Part shown: piece after piece, positions 1-9,587 of the stretch | How the letters are laid out: each line of letters begins with the position of its first letter | Position numbering within the stretch: position 1 is the stretch's first letter | Assembly (NCBI GenBank): GCA_036396655.1 | Contig: DASWKK010000098.1 | Span: 14,592 to 78,591, forward strand | Origin: Acidimicrobiia bacterium | GTDB taxonomy: Bacteria > Actinomycetota > Acidimicrobiia > Spongiisociales > ZC4RG35 | Direction: 5' to 3' | DNA length: 64,000 nt | Made by a program: the position numbers and the translations under genes | The notes under the pieces: model-generated | What the model was told of the DNA's origin: nothing | Database searches by the model: none | The model's input: the letters and a program-made list of their open reading frames with translations, nothing else

Positions 1-456
1 CTTTGGCTCACCAGCTTCCCGGATAGTCAAGTGTTTGCCGCCGCGGGGAACGAGGTCTCGACGTCACCGTTCTGGCCCGCAGGTCTCTCCGCCTTCGAAC
101 TCGACCAGGCAATCCCCCGGGACCGGATGCATGGCGTTGGCGCGGTCAACGAAACGGGCGAAGAGGTGGTCTGGGAAGGCACGGCCACCACTGCATCCAT
201 CCTCGCCAAAGCTGCCCCGGTCCGCTCCTGGGCTACCAACGCGGCGCCCGGTTGCGATCTGTTGGGACTCCGTGGTGGCGTCGACCTCGAAGGTGCGACG
301 GTCGTGGCCTGGAGCGGCTCGTCGTTTGCCAGCGCAGTCATGGCGGCACTTACTGTTGCAGCCGTACCGCCGACGTCGGTTGGGCCCCCCGTTCAGTACG
401 GCTACAACCTTTCGAGCCTCGCTTTCGAACGCCACGGCTCGTGCGACCTGCCGTGA
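1..456 (+). CDS. 3' part of a gene entering from the left edge; possibly the C-terminus of an S8 (subtilisin-like) serine peptidase
   Basis: Frame 1 is open from base 1 to TGA 454-456, with G/C-rich third positions. NAAPGCDLLGL...WSGSSFASAVMAALTVAA weakly resembles the APG...GTSMAAP catalytic-Ser block. Overlapping minus-strand ORFs are Arg/Pro-rich shadows. Confidence 0.35.
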   Translation, partial: LWLTSFPDSQVFAAAGNEVSTSPFWPAGLSAFELDQAIPRDRMHGVGAVNETGEEVVWEGTATTASILAKAAPVRSWATNAAPGCDLLGLRGGVDLEGATVVAWSGSSFASAVMAALTVAAVPPTSVGPPVQYGYNLSSLAFERHGSCDLP

Positions 457-462
457 GCGTTC

Positions 463-675
463 TCAGATTGCCGGCAATCGTGGCCGGCGATCGACCTTGA
501 AGCTCTCTCCGATCGAGGCCAAGCCACGATCGATCGCATGGACCATCCGATCCACGGCCCCGGGTCGCTGTCCGTTGGCAATCCTCGCTCTGCGGTGGCT
601 CTCCGCCTCGGCTTGAAGCCGATTCATGCGGTCGTGAGCCAGGGCCAGTTGCATGTCACCACTCATGAAGTTCAT
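463..675 (-). CDS. small hypothetical protein (70 aa)
   Basis: ATG 675 is preceded by AGGAGG with a 6-nt spacer (ccataggaggaatcaaATG on the minus strand). No family recognised. Confidence 0.55.
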   Translation of the reverse strand: MNFMSGDMQLALAHDRMNRLQAEAESHRRARIANGQRPGAVDRMVHAIDRGLASIGESFKVDRRPRLPAI

Positions 676-757
676 TTGATTCCTCCTATGGAATTCGCGT
701 GGCAGACGCCACGTCGGGAAGGAGCGGTGGGCTGAAGTCCTGATACATTTCGTCGGT

Positions 758-1291
758 TTGCCCGACGATTCCGCCGTGCTCGATGCCCACCTGCCTGAGT
801 ACCACCACAGGGCCCGTTACTCGATCGAGACCGTCGCCCCGCCCGAGGTCGTCTACCCGATCGCCCGCAATCTCGACCTCTCCGGGTCGTGGCTCACCCG
901 ATCACTGTTGGCGGCTCGAGGTCTTGGTCGCCACACGCGTCTTGGCGACCTGGAGAGAATCGGCTTCACCCTGCTCGCCGAAGACCCTCCCAACGGATTC
1001 GTCCACGGTGTGATCGGCCGTTTCTGGAGACCTTCGGGTGAGTTGGTCGACTTCGATCGGGAGTCATTCCCTGACTTCGCCCGGTCAGGATTCGCCAAGG
1101 CGGCATGGAGTTTTGAGATCATGGCCACCGAGACCGGCGCCGGCCTGTCCACCGAGACCCGGGTGTTGTGCCTAGACGAGGCGAGTCGTCGCAGCTTCCT
1201 GCGCTATTGGCGTTTGATCGGGCCGTTTAGTGGTCTGATCCGCAAGGAGGCGCTGCGAGTCATCAAGACCCAAGCCGAGGGGCACCTCTGA
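758..1291 (+). CDS. SRPBCC/polyketide-cyclase-like superfamily protein (hypothetical)
   Basis: 177-aa ORF with good GC3. The N-terminal pattern YHHRARYSIETVAPPEVVY is typical of SRPBCC-fold proteins. The TTG start is uncertain. Confidence 0.55.
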   Translation: MPDDSAVLDAHLPEYHHRARYSIETVAPPEVVYPIARNLDLSGSWLTRSLLAARGLGRHTRLGDLERIGFTLLAEDPPNGFVHGVIGRFWRPSGELVDFDRESFPDFARSGFAKAAWSFEIMATETGAGLSTETRVLCLDEASRRSFLRYWRLIGPFSGLIRKEALRVIKTQAEGHL

Positions 1292-1294
1292 CCG

Positions 1295-1852
1295 TCAGGC
1301 CTGGTCCCGCTGTCGGGCCCGGTGTGCGGCCACGTTCTCGCGCGTGGTGCAGGTGTCCGAGCAATGGAGACGAGACTTGTTGCGTGAGTTGTCGACGAAC
1401 ACGTCGGCGCAAGAGGATGACTGACAGATCCCGAATCGCTCGAACCCCCCTTCTATCAGGGCAACGCTGAGCCCCATCGCGGTGATCGCACCCAGGTATC
1501 TCCATAGGCTGTCACCTTCGGACTCGAAGTGGAGATGTGGCCCCGGACCGTGGACACTCAACCTGGGCACGGCGTTGACATCCGACAGGAGATCGTTGAG
1601 CACGGCCGCCGCCTCCGCATCGTCGGCAGACTCGAACACCTGGCGCAGCCGCGCTCGCAACGCCCGGGTTTCGTGGAGGTCCCGCTCGCTCGGCTCCCAG
1701 CCGGGCCGCGACCATTCGCCGTCGTGAGACTCGATGAACGCGGCAACATCGACAGGAGTCGCCAGTTTGTCCACACCGCTGACCACGTCCAATGAATTGA
1801 CGAGGTCGACGGCCGTTTGCACCGGCTGATCGCTGTAATGCGAAAAGTCCAT
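1295..1852 (-). CDS. CGNR zinc-finger (ABATE + zf-CGNR) domain protein
   Basis: C-terminal CQSSSCADVFVDNSRNKSRLHCSDTCTTRENVAAHRAR matches the zf-CGNR pattern. Start moved to the internal ATG at 1852 (MDFSHY...), because the upstream extension is hydrophobic junk. Confidence 0.8.
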   Translation of the reverse strand: MDFSHYSDQPVQTAVDLVNSLDVVSGVDKLATPVDVAAFIESHDGEWSRPGWEPSERDLHETRALRARLRQVFESADDAEAAAVLNDLLSDVNAVPRLSVHGPGPHLHFESEGDSLWRYLGAITAMGLSVALIEGGFERFGICQSSSCADVFVDNSRNKSRLHCSDTCTTRENVAAHRARQRDQA

Positions 1853-1925
1853 TTGGACCCTTACCCGGTTCCGACTATTGTGTAAGGCACAACCCGAGTA
1901 TAGCCCCATACAGGTAGACGTGACA

Positions 1926-2885
1926 ATGAAGACCTCCACTGCCACCACGCACATCGCAAGAGCGCCCAAGGCATTGGTCGTGGGTGCCCTGTTGGCGGTC
2001 TATTTCATCTGGGGCTCGACCTATCTCGGCTTGCGGTTCGGGCTGGAGAGCTTTCCACCTTTCTTGCTCAACGGCTTCAGATTCCTGATCGCAGGCGGGA
2101 TCCTCTTCCTCATCCTGGCCGTGCGTGGCCGGGCGATTGCCACCCGTCGCCAGTGGTGGAATGCGGCCCGGATGGGACTGGTCCTCCTGGTCGGTGGCGT
2201 CGGTCTGGTCACGATCGCCGAAGACGTCGGTGTGGGCTCAGGGGTCGCCGCCACCGCGGTCGCGGTGATCCCGGTGTGGATCGCATTGATCAGCGGGCTT
2301 TTCGGAAACTGGCCACATCGTCGAGAGTGGATCGGCCTGGCCATCGGCCTCGCCGGGGTTCTGGTGCTGGCACAGGAGGGTGACTTTCAGGCCAGCACCA
2401 CGGGCATGATCCTCCTCATCATCTCACCGATCATCTGGGCGTTTGGGTCGATCTGGGGAGCGAGACTCGACCTTCCCGAGTCTTCGATGACCACCGCGAT
2501 CGAACTGGTCTCGGCGGGTCTTGTGATGACGATTGTCGGCCCCCTCATCGGCGAGCGAATCACCGAGCCGCCAACCACCGTGGCCTGGATTGCGCTTGGC
2601 TACTTGGCGATCATGGGCTCCCTGGTCGCCTTCACCGCCTACATCTATCTCCTCAAGACAGTTCGCCCAGCCCTGTCCACCAGCTACGCATACGTCAATC
2701 CCATCGTGGCGGTGGCGCTTGGGGTCACTCTGGGACGGGAGACGCTCACCGGTCCGGTCTTCATCGCCCTCCCGCTCATTCTCACCAGTGTGGCCCTGGT
2801 TGCGACCACGCGACACCGTCGATCACTGAGAGCCAGTGACTCCCCTCCTTCCTTGACACCGATTCACCGAGAAGACGCGGCCTAG
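1926..2885 (+). CDS. EamA/DMT-family transporter
   Basis: About 10 predicted TM helices and a duplicated EamA-like organisation. ATG 1926 chosen (MKTSTATT...). Divergent from the CGNR gene. Confidence 0.85.
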   Translation: MKTSTATTHIARAPKALVVGALLAVYFIWGSTYLGLRFGLESFPPFLLNGFRFLIAGGILFLILAVRGRAIATRRQWWNAARMGLVLLVGGVGLVTIAEDVGVGSGVAATAVAVIPVWIALISGLFGNWPHRREWIGLAIGLAGVLVLAQEGDFQASTTGMILLIISPIIWAFGSIWGARLDLPESSMTTAIELVSAGLVMTIVGPLIGERITEPPTTVAWIALGYLAIMGSLVAFTAYIYLLKTVRPALSTSYAYVNPIVAVALGVTLGRETLTGPVFIALPLILTSVALVATTRHRRSLRASDSPPSLTPIHREDAA

Positions 2886-4942
2886 CCGAATGCTCTGGTC
2901 ATGAAGGTGGCCGTCTCGGCCCTGGTGAGCAGACCCTGGGGACAGAAACGGTCGTTGGCTGGAGGATTGCACCCCTTGGTGATTCCGGCTTCGGCGAGAC
3001 GATTGATGGCACCCTCGAGGACGTGGCCGTTGTCGTCGACGAAGTAATCGGTGTTGGTCGCAGGTAATCCCAGCGCCCTGACGATGAACGTGGCGAACTC
3101 GGCTCGGGTCATGCGCCGATCGGGGCAGAAACTCGTGTTGTCCGGTGGGTTGCACCCGGTCGTGATGCCGGCCTCGGCGACACGGTTGATCCCACCCTCG
3201 AGTATGTGTCCGTTGTCATCGCCGAAGTAGTCCTGTAACGGCTCGGGAAGATTCAGCGCACGGGCGAGGAACGTGGCAGCCTGGGCCCGGGTGAGCACGT
3301 CTCCCGGGCAGAACTTGTCGTTGAACGGCGGGTTGCATCCGACGGTGATCCCCGCAGCAGCGATTGCTTCGATGCCATTGCGATGGATACTTGTCTCGTC
3401 GTCGTAGAAACGACCCTCGAAGAGCAGTACCACCGGGTCGACACAGTCGGGGTTGGGGAGCGCGAACCAATCCTCGACAGGTCGGCCGGTTGAGGTATTG
3501 CCCAGATACACCTCGAGCCGACCCTCTGAGTCGAGGGTTTGGATGTCCGCTCGCCCGTCGCCGTCGTAGTCGCCGGCGCCCAGGGCAAGGATGTCGCCTG
3601 CAGTCTTGTTGATCGCATGCGTCTGCTCGGTCACCCAAAGACCGCCCGTCAGACGCAGGACCTCGATCCGGGCCGCGCCACCGCCATACAGGGCGAACAC
3701 CTCGGGGAGGTTGCCGCCGTCGCGGTCCGCCACCGCGATTCGAGCCGGAGCGCCCGAAGGCAACGGTCCTGCGTAAAGAAGTTGGTTCCAACCCTCACCA
3801 CCGTGAACCTGAAGGGTCCCGTCGGGAGTCACACTCCAGAGATCGGCACGGTGGTCACCGTCGAAGTCGGCCCCTGACACGGTGACCAGGTCAGAAGGCA
3901 ACGATGTGCTCGAAGCGGTGACATCATCGAATCCACCGCGTCTGGTAGCCACGCGTGCAGTCACCGGGGAGCTTTGAGTCAGGGTGATCAGGTCCTGGCC
4001 GGAGTCGCCGTCGATGTCGGCGAACAGAATGTGGTCGGCTCCCAGAACCGATGAGTCGGGAATGTGCCACCGGCTGATCGAACATGACCCGAACAACCGG
4101 GATCCGGTGGCAATGTCGATCACCGCCCCGGTGGGGTGGCCACGGAGACCGACCACGTCCGGCGCCCCACTCCCGGTGGCATCGGTCACCACGAACGAGT
4201 AGCGCTCGAGAACGGGGCCGAAGACCGTAGAACGATTCGAGCTGGCTGATCCGAAAGGTCGCGAAGAGGTTGCCGGGGCACGTGGGGCCATGGCGTCGGC
4301 GTCATCCGCCGTGGTCACCGGGCCCATCCAGGAGAAGTGCATCGGGTCCTTGGCGCCCAGCCAATCTCCCCCCCAGCAGAACCCGGCGTCCTTCCAAACC
4401 TGGACAAACCAGGCGGGCATGTTGGTGATCAACTTCCCGTCGGAACGGTAAGGGTTCTGCGGATAGTTGATATCGATCGCGGTGCCCAGGGCATGTCGCG
4501 ACAGTGAGTGGGATCCACCAATCGTGCGTCCGAAGAAGGCGCTAGCCAGGGTGACTGTATAGACCCGACCAGCGGCGGCTTGGGCGGCAAGCCCATCGGC
4601 CACCCTCTGGAAAGCGGGCAAGGCCGCCCGGTGGACCTGGACCCGTCGGCCCCCGCTGTGCGGGACGGTCCAGGAGACGAGCTCATTTCGCACCTGGCTG
4701 ATCGTGCGCCCGAAGTAGGTGCCGAAGGGGCCGAGGATCGGTTCGGTGGTGGAAACGATGCCCGTCTTCGACATGACCGGGGTACGAGTGAACGGCTCAC
4801 CGCAGGCGCTCGACTCGGAGAAGTTCTCCCACCTGGTCGACGTGTCTGAGGCGTCGGCCCGACCCGGGACCAGGACCAACACGACCGCCACAACGGCTCC
4901 GACCATGACCGAAGTGAAAACGCCGGAAGAGCGAGAGCTCAC
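2882..4942 (-). CDS. secreted M15 (VanY/D-Ala-D-Ala carboxypeptidase-like) peptidase with FG-GAP/VCBS-like repeats and three C-terminal SLH-like repeats
   Basis: Signal-like VSSRSSGVFTSVMVGAVVAVVLVLVPGRADA. Zinc-ligand blocks SRHALGTAIDIN and KDPMHFSW. Repeats DIDGDSGQDL, DFDGDHRADL and DYDGDGRADI. Three roughly 57-aa repeats (F.DD.G...GI..IA.AGIT.GCNPP.N..FCP....TRA..ATF..RA). GTG 4942 overlaps the upstream stop (GTGA); ATG 4906 is the alternative start. Confidence 0.8.
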   Translation of the reverse strand: MSSRSSGVFTSVMVGAVVAVVLVLVPGRADASDTSTRWENFSESSACGEPFTRTPVMSKTGIVSTTEPILGPFGTYFGRTISQVRNELVSWTVPHSGGRRVQVHRAALPAFQRVADGLAAQAAAGRVYTVTLASAFFGRTIGGSHSLSRHALGTAIDINYPQNPYRSDGKLITNMPAWFVQVWKDAGFCWGGDWLGAKDPMHFSWMGPVTTADDADAMAPRAPATSSRPFGSASSNRSTVFGPVLERYSFVVTDATGSGAPDVVGLRGHPTGAVIDIATGSRLFGSCSISRWHIPDSSVLGADHILFADIDGDSGQDLITLTQSSPVTARVATRRGGFDDVTASSTSLPSDLVTVSGADFDGDHRADLWSVTPDGTLQVHGGEGWNQLLYAGPLPSGAPARIAVADRDGGNLPEVFALYGGGAARIEVLRLTGGLWVTEQTHAINKTAGDILALGAGDYDGDGRADIQTLDSEGRLEVYLGNTSTGRPVEDWFALPNPDCVDPVVLLFEGRFYDDETSIHRNGIEAIAAAGITVGCNPPFNDKFCPGDVLTRAQAATFLARALNLPEPLQDYFGDDNGHILEGGINRVAEAGITTGCNPPDNTSFCPDRRMTRAEFATFIVRALGLPATNTDYFVDDNGHVLEGAINRLAEAGITKGCNPPANDRFCPQGLLTRAETATFMTRAFG

Positions 4943-6039
4943 GACTGGGGCTCCCGAATCACGACCAGGCTGTCGGCCGCCGACTCCGGAGCCCACACCT
5001 CCCCCGACCTGCCCAGCATCTGGCGCACCTCCCCCGGGTCGTGAGGGAGCGGAAACGCGTCGAATGTCTCGGTTGTGGGATCGAAGCGAACGATCGAGTT
5101 CGACCCGAAGTCGCTGACCCACACCAGGTCCTGGTCGTCGACGTACACGGCATAAGCCTGGGGGCCGTCGCCGGGCAGATGCCAGGTGGCCCAGGTGCCG
5201 GTGTCGGGCGTGTACCTGCTCAAGTTGCCGGTGTTCCACTCACTGACCCAGATCTGACCAAGGGAATCTGACCAGACGCGTCGTGCTCCTTGATCTGGGC
5301 TGGGTGGCTCGAGCACCGTGGTGGTCCCGTCCTCGGTAATGGCTCCCACGAACGAGCCGGCGAGTGAAGCGTAATAGACCGCTCCCTCAGGGGTGGCGGT
5401 GATCCCGTATGGCCCGCGGCCTTCGGGAGCATCGAACACCTCGATGTCGCCGGTGGCGTGATCGAGTCTTCCGTAGATCCCGCGCTGACCCGTGAACCAA
5501 AGGTCGCCGGCGTCGTCAAAGGTGGCGGTGTTGAGATTGGCATCGGGGCGGTCGTCGGGAAGCGGGTAGACCGTCACCGCCTCGGTGATCGGGTCGACGC
5601 TGACGATCGAGTTCAGCCCGCTGTCAGTGATCCAGAGAACACCGGTGGGGTCGACGATCACCCCGTGAGGTCGCGAGCCAGAACCGAGGTCGGTGTGCCT
5701 GGTCTCGCCGGTGGCCGGGTCGAGCCTGCCGAGCGCAGCGGCGCCTTGGGCCGTGTACCAGACCTCGCCATTGTGGCCGGGCGCCACATCGTGAGGCCTG
5801 GATCCGGATGGGACCGGGAAGGAAACGAGCTCGAGGTCCGCGGGGTCGGGCACCGGCGGCTGCACAGTGGTGGCTGTCGTGTCGGCCGGAGGGGCTGGCG
5901 CGGTAGTGGTGGGCTCCCGATCGGTGGAAATGGTGGTGGTATCAGGCGGTGATGTCGGCGTGGTATCGACCCGGTCATCGCTGGCAACGGTGCAGGCTGC
6001 GGCCGATACGACAACTAGCACCAGAAGCGAACGGGGCAT
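4939..6039 (-). CDS. Vgb (streptogramin lyase)-like beta-propeller lipoprotein
   Basis: Lipobox-like LLVLVVVSAAAC, a Thr/Pro-rich linker, and repeated blades RPHDVAPGHNGEVWYT / RPHGVIVDPTGVLWIT / GPYGITATPEGAVYYA. Confidence 0.75.
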   Translation of the reverse strand: MPRSLLVLVVVSAAACTVASDDRVDTTPTSPPDTTTISTDREPTTTAPAPPADTTATTVQPPVPDPADLELVSFPVPSGSRPHDVAPGHNGEVWYTAQGAAALGRLDPATGETRHTDLGSGSRPHGVIVDPTGVLWITDSGLNSIVSVDPITEAVTVYPLPDDRPDANLNTATFDDAGDLWFTGQRGIYGRLDHATGDIEVFDAPEGRGPYGITATPEGAVYYASLAGSFVGAITEDGTTTVLEPPSPDQGARRVWSDSLGQIWVSEWNTGNLSRYTPDTGTWATWHLPGDGPQAYAVYVDDQDLVWVSDFGSNSIVRFDPTTETFDAFPLPHDPGEVRQMLGRSGEVWAPESAADSLVVIREPQS

Positions 6040-6121
6040 CGGGGCAGACTATGCCTGTCGCTGCACTAGTGGCTGCCGGAGAGACGCCACAAGCATTTGC
6101 GCGAGGGGCCACTCGCCTCGG

Positions 6122-6838
6122 TCAGCTCTCGGTTGCCACTAACCGAATCCGGCGTAGTGCCTCGGGCACTCCGCCGCTCCACGGCGGTCCATGACCGGGA
6201 AGCACCCAGGTGGCCGTGATCGTTTCGAGATTGGCGAGCGCGGCCAATGCCTCTGCCGGCGCCAGAGTGAACGGCGCCGGGCGAGGGCCACCGGCCCCGG
6301 TGAGGACATGACCGGTTGTCATCGCGTCGCCGACGAAGAGGGCATCTACGTGAGGCACATGGAAAGCGACACTGCCCGGTGTGTGACCCGGCAGGTGGAC
6401 GACCCTTGGCGACCCCGGAAGATCGAGGGTCGCTCCGTGTCCGAAGGTCGTGACCTCAGACACAGGTGTGATCTTCAGCCCGCCCCGTCGAGCGAAGTAC
6501 CAGATGAATCGGGACATTGGACCGATCTTGATCGGACCCCAGGAGACCCTCTTCTTGACCTCACCTCGAGCTCGGGCGGCGTCGTCCTCATGGACATGGA
6601 CCGGCACTCCGCCCTCGTGGAGACGATCGGCGAAGCCGATGTGATCGGTATCGCCATGGGTGAGGACGACAGCGCGGACGTCGTTGAGCGAGCGTCCCAT
6701 CGCCCCGAGCTCGGCGACGAGCTCTCGCCAGTGACCGGGCAAACCGGCGTCGATAACGGTGATCTCCCCCGCTTCCTCCACGAGATAGATGTTGACGAGG
6801 TCGGAACCGACGCGATGGAGGAAGGGGGCAAGCTTCAT
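6122..6838 (-). CDS. MBL-fold metallo-hydrolase
   Basis: The LTHGDTDHIGF (HxHxDH-type) motif, with downstream His and Asp ligands (HLPGHTPG, GD). Confidence 0.85.
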   Translation of the reverse strand: MKLAPFLHRVGSDLVNIYLVEEAGEITVIDAGLPGHWRELVAELGAMGRSLNDVRAVVLTHGDTDHIGFADRLHEGGVPVHVHEDDAARARGEVKKRVSWGPIKIGPMSRFIWYFARRGGLKITPVSEVTTFGHGATLDLPGSPRVVHLPGHTPGSVAFHVPHVDALFVGDAMTTGHVLTGAGGPRPAPFTLAPAEALAALANLETITATWVLPGHGPPWSGGVPEALRRIRLVATES

Positions 6839-6857
6839 TTATGGCCCGGCTGAGACC

Positions 6858-8114
6858 TCAGTAGGCATTGGCCACCATCAGCTCCTCACACGGGAAGAGA
6901 GTGATGACCTTGCAGCCATCGGCCGTGACAACCACCTCCTCCTCGATCCGAGCGGCTGACCGACCGTCAGCGGCAGGAGCGTAGGTTTCCAGAGCGAAGA
7001 CCATCCCCTCCTCGATCTCGACGGGTGTTTCGAGCGAGTTGAGGCGACTGATTATCGGTCGTTCGTGGAGACCGACCCCGACACCATGACCGAACTGGAG
7101 ACCGAAAGCATCCATCTCGTTCTCGAAGCCGAACTCCTCGGCACGCGGCCATACCTTGGCTATCTGGTCTGTTGTGGTCCCCGGCTTGACCAGGTCGATG
7201 GCCGCGTCCATCCATTCCCGTGATTGTTTGAACGCGTCGCGCTGGGCCTGGGTGGCCCTACCCACGACGAAGGTGCGGTAGTAACAGGTCCGATACCCGT
7301 TGAACACATGAATGATGTCGAAATAGGCCTGATCACCGGGGCGAATCAGGCGATCCGAGAAGACATGGGGATGAGGGCTGCAACGCTCCCCGGCGATGGA
7401 GTTGATCGCTTCGACGAACTCGGAGCCCATCTCGAAGAGCCGGGCGTGGGCCAGCCCCACCACATCGGACTCCCGAATCCCGGGCTTGAGGGCCTCGAAT
7501 ATGTCCTGATAGACACCGTCGACCATGGCGCACGCCTGGGTGAGGAGAAGGATCTCATCGGAGCTCTTTATCTCCCGAGCTTTCATCATCGCCTGTTGTC
7601 CATCCACGACGTTGAGCCCCTCGGCCTGTAGGGCGAGAAAGACTGCGGTCTCCGCCATGTCGACACCGAGACGCTCACCCGCCAGGCCCTCAGCCTCGAG
7701 AACCTGTCGTATCTCGGCCGCCGCACGACTGTGGAGTCCGGTCTCGGGGCCGATCGCCCCCTGGAGCCCGGTGTTGCCGCCAACCGAGTTCTCGGTGTCG
7801 TACATGTGTGGCAGCTGAAGCCGGTGGGCCTTTGCCGCAGACCCAAAGTCCCAGATACGGGGCCGTCCTTGCTGGGTGACGAGCGCGTAGCGCTCGCCTT
7901 TGTTGAACGCCCAATAGCCGATCTGGGTCGCGGTGGCATAGCGGATGTTGGACGTCTCGAAGAGAAGGATCGCGCCCAAGTCTTCCTGCTCGAGCATTTG
8001 CCTGGTACGCGCCAGACGATGCTGACGGAGGCGCTCGTAATCGACACGGGTCTCCCAATCGACCCCCATCACACCCGGGGCAGGGCTGGTCGCCACAGGG
8101 AACTCATCGGCCAT
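6858..8114 (-). CDS. M24-family metallopeptidase/creatinase-prolidase-like hydrolase
   Basis: Pita-bread fold blocks GDQAYFDIIHVFNGYRT, HGVGVGLHE, FALETY and ARIEEEVVVT. Confidence 0.8.
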   Translation of the reverse strand: MADEFPVATSPAPGVMGVDWETRVDYERLRQHRLARTRQMLEQEDLGAILLFETSNIRYATATQIGYWAFNKGERYALVTQQGRPRIWDFGSAAKAHRLQLPHMYDTENSVGGNTGLQGAIGPETGLHSRAAAEIRQVLEAEGLAGERLGVDMAETAVFLALQAEGLNVVDGQQAMMKAREIKSSDEILLLTQACAMVDGVYQDIFEALKPGIRESDVVGLAHARLFEMGSEFVEAINSIAGERCSPHPHVFSDRLIRPGDQAYFDIIHVFNGYRTCYYRTFVVGRATQAQRDAFKQSREWMDAAIDLVKPGTTTDQIAKVWPRAEEFGFENEMDAFGLQFGHGVGVGLHERPIISRLNSLETPVEIEEGMVFALETYAPAADGRSAARIEEEVVVTADGCKVITLFPCEELMVANAY

Positions 8115-8243
8115 CTGTGTCTCCTCTCATGGGGTCAACTTTCAACTCACGGGACAGACGACGATCGGCCGAAGCCATGCCACCGTCCCGACGAGTCTCT
8201 GTGCCGCTCACTGCTTAGTGACACTACACACTTGGGCGAAGTC

Positions 8244-9446
8244 TCACCTACCGAGCCGGCGGCCGGCGATAGCAGCGATGTGGGCGCCAATGGCGAGACT
8301 GGAGGTGGCTCCGGGTGACGGGGCATTCAACACGTGGATGCTCGGGCCTGCTTCCTCGATCACGAAGTCGTCGATCAGGCGGCCATTCGGGTCGACGGCC
8401 TGCGCTCGCACTCCGGCCCCACCTCTGACGAGGTGCCGGGTCTCGACCTCGGGGACCAGGGCGCGGGCCGCCCGGGCATACATCGATCGCGATCGCGACC
8501 TGACCATCTCACTCGCACCGGTCCACAGATGCCGGCGCGCCAGCTTGCGAAACCCGGGCATACCCAGGGTCTCACGAAGCTCCGCCCAATTCGGGCTCGT
8601 GCCGCGATAGTGCTCCCTCCCTATGGCGAGCACGGCATTGGGGCCTACCTCGACTGTGCCGTCGATGCCTCTGGTGAAATGCACGCCGAGAAAAGGGAAA
8701 CGCGGGTCGGGCACGGGATAGATCAGGGCGCGCACCAGGTGGGCCGCCTCGGGCGTCAGGGTGTAGTACTCACCCCGGAAGGGAACGATGCGAACATCGC
8801 TTCGCACTCCGGCAAGGGAGGCGATGCGGTCGGATTGAAGACCCGCGCAATTCACCGCGACTCTGGCACGAATCTCCATATCGCCCGATCGAATCCGGGC
8901 ACCCTGCCCGTCAAGCGAAACCGCCTCGACTCTCTGCCCGGTCAAGATGTCGGCGCCTCCAGAAGCGAGGGTCTTGGCCAGGCTCGTCGCCACCTGAGGG
9001 AAGTCGACGACGCCCGCCTCCGGCACATGAAGCGCCGCCACTCCAATTGCTGCTGGTTCGATGTCTCGTAGACCCGCCTGGTCCAGTCGCCTCAGGCCGA
9101 TGAGCCCGTTGGCGACACCTCTCCGCTCCAACTCATCCAAGGCCGCCAGTTCGGAGCGATGGGTAGCGATCACCACTTTTCCCGATTGGTGGAAGCTGAT
9201 TCCCTCGGCACTACAGAGCTCTTTGAGCGCCCGCCTCCCTTCGACGCAGAGCTTGGCCTTCAGTGATCCGGGGCGGTAATAGAGACCCGAGTGCACGACA
9301 CCGCTGTTGTGACTGCTCTGGTGCGCAGCCACGGTTGGCTCTTTGTCGAGAATGACGAGTCCGATGCCGGGATGAGACTGGGCGAGAGCGCGACCGACAC
9401 CCAAACCAACGAGCCCGGCGCCGATGATGCACACGTCATAGCTCAC
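8244..9446 (-). CDS. lhgO: L-2-hydroxyglutarate oxidase (FAD-dependent)
   Basis: YDVCIIGAGLVGLG Rossmann motif and HNSGVVHSGLYYRPGSLKAKLC, as I remember LhgO. Confidence 0.8.
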   Translation of the reverse strand: MSYDVCIIGAGLVGLGVGRALAQSHPGIGLVILDKEPTVAAHQSSHNSGVVHSGLYYRPGSLKAKLCVEGRRALKELCSAEGISFHQSGKVVIATHRSELAALDELERRGVANGLIGLRRLDQAGLRDIEPAAIGVAALHVPEAGVVDFPQVATSLAKTLASGGADILTGQRVEAVSLDGQGARIRSGDMEIRARVAVNCAGLQSDRIASLAGVRSDVRIVPFRGEYYTLTPEAAHLVRALIYPVPDPRFPFLGVHFTRGIDGTVEVGPNAVLAIGREHYRGTSPNWAELRETLGMPGFRKLARRHLWTGASEMVRSRSRSMYARAARALVPEVETRHLVRGGAGVRAQAVDPNGRLIDDFVIEEAGPSIHVLNAPSPGATSSLAIGAHIAAIAGRRLGR

Positions 9447-9587
9447 ACAGGCGCCTGATTTCTGTCGATCTCAATCTCCTCGCTCCGAGGCGCGGCACAA
9501 CTCGAAACCATCGAGTGCTCAGTCTCACTGCACAGTGGATGCCGCGCCAGGTTAGGATCGGAGCGTATTCAACGAGGAGCGAGATTG

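Noticed and set aside
6858-8114. Assigning the M24 protein to a specific subfamily (DMSP lyase DddP, creatinase or ectoine hydrolase), and a possible Asp-to-Cys change at the second metal ligand (GYRTCYYRT)
   Set aside because: I cannot align it reliably from memory. The apparent ligand substitution may be an alignment artefact, so only the family-level call is kept.
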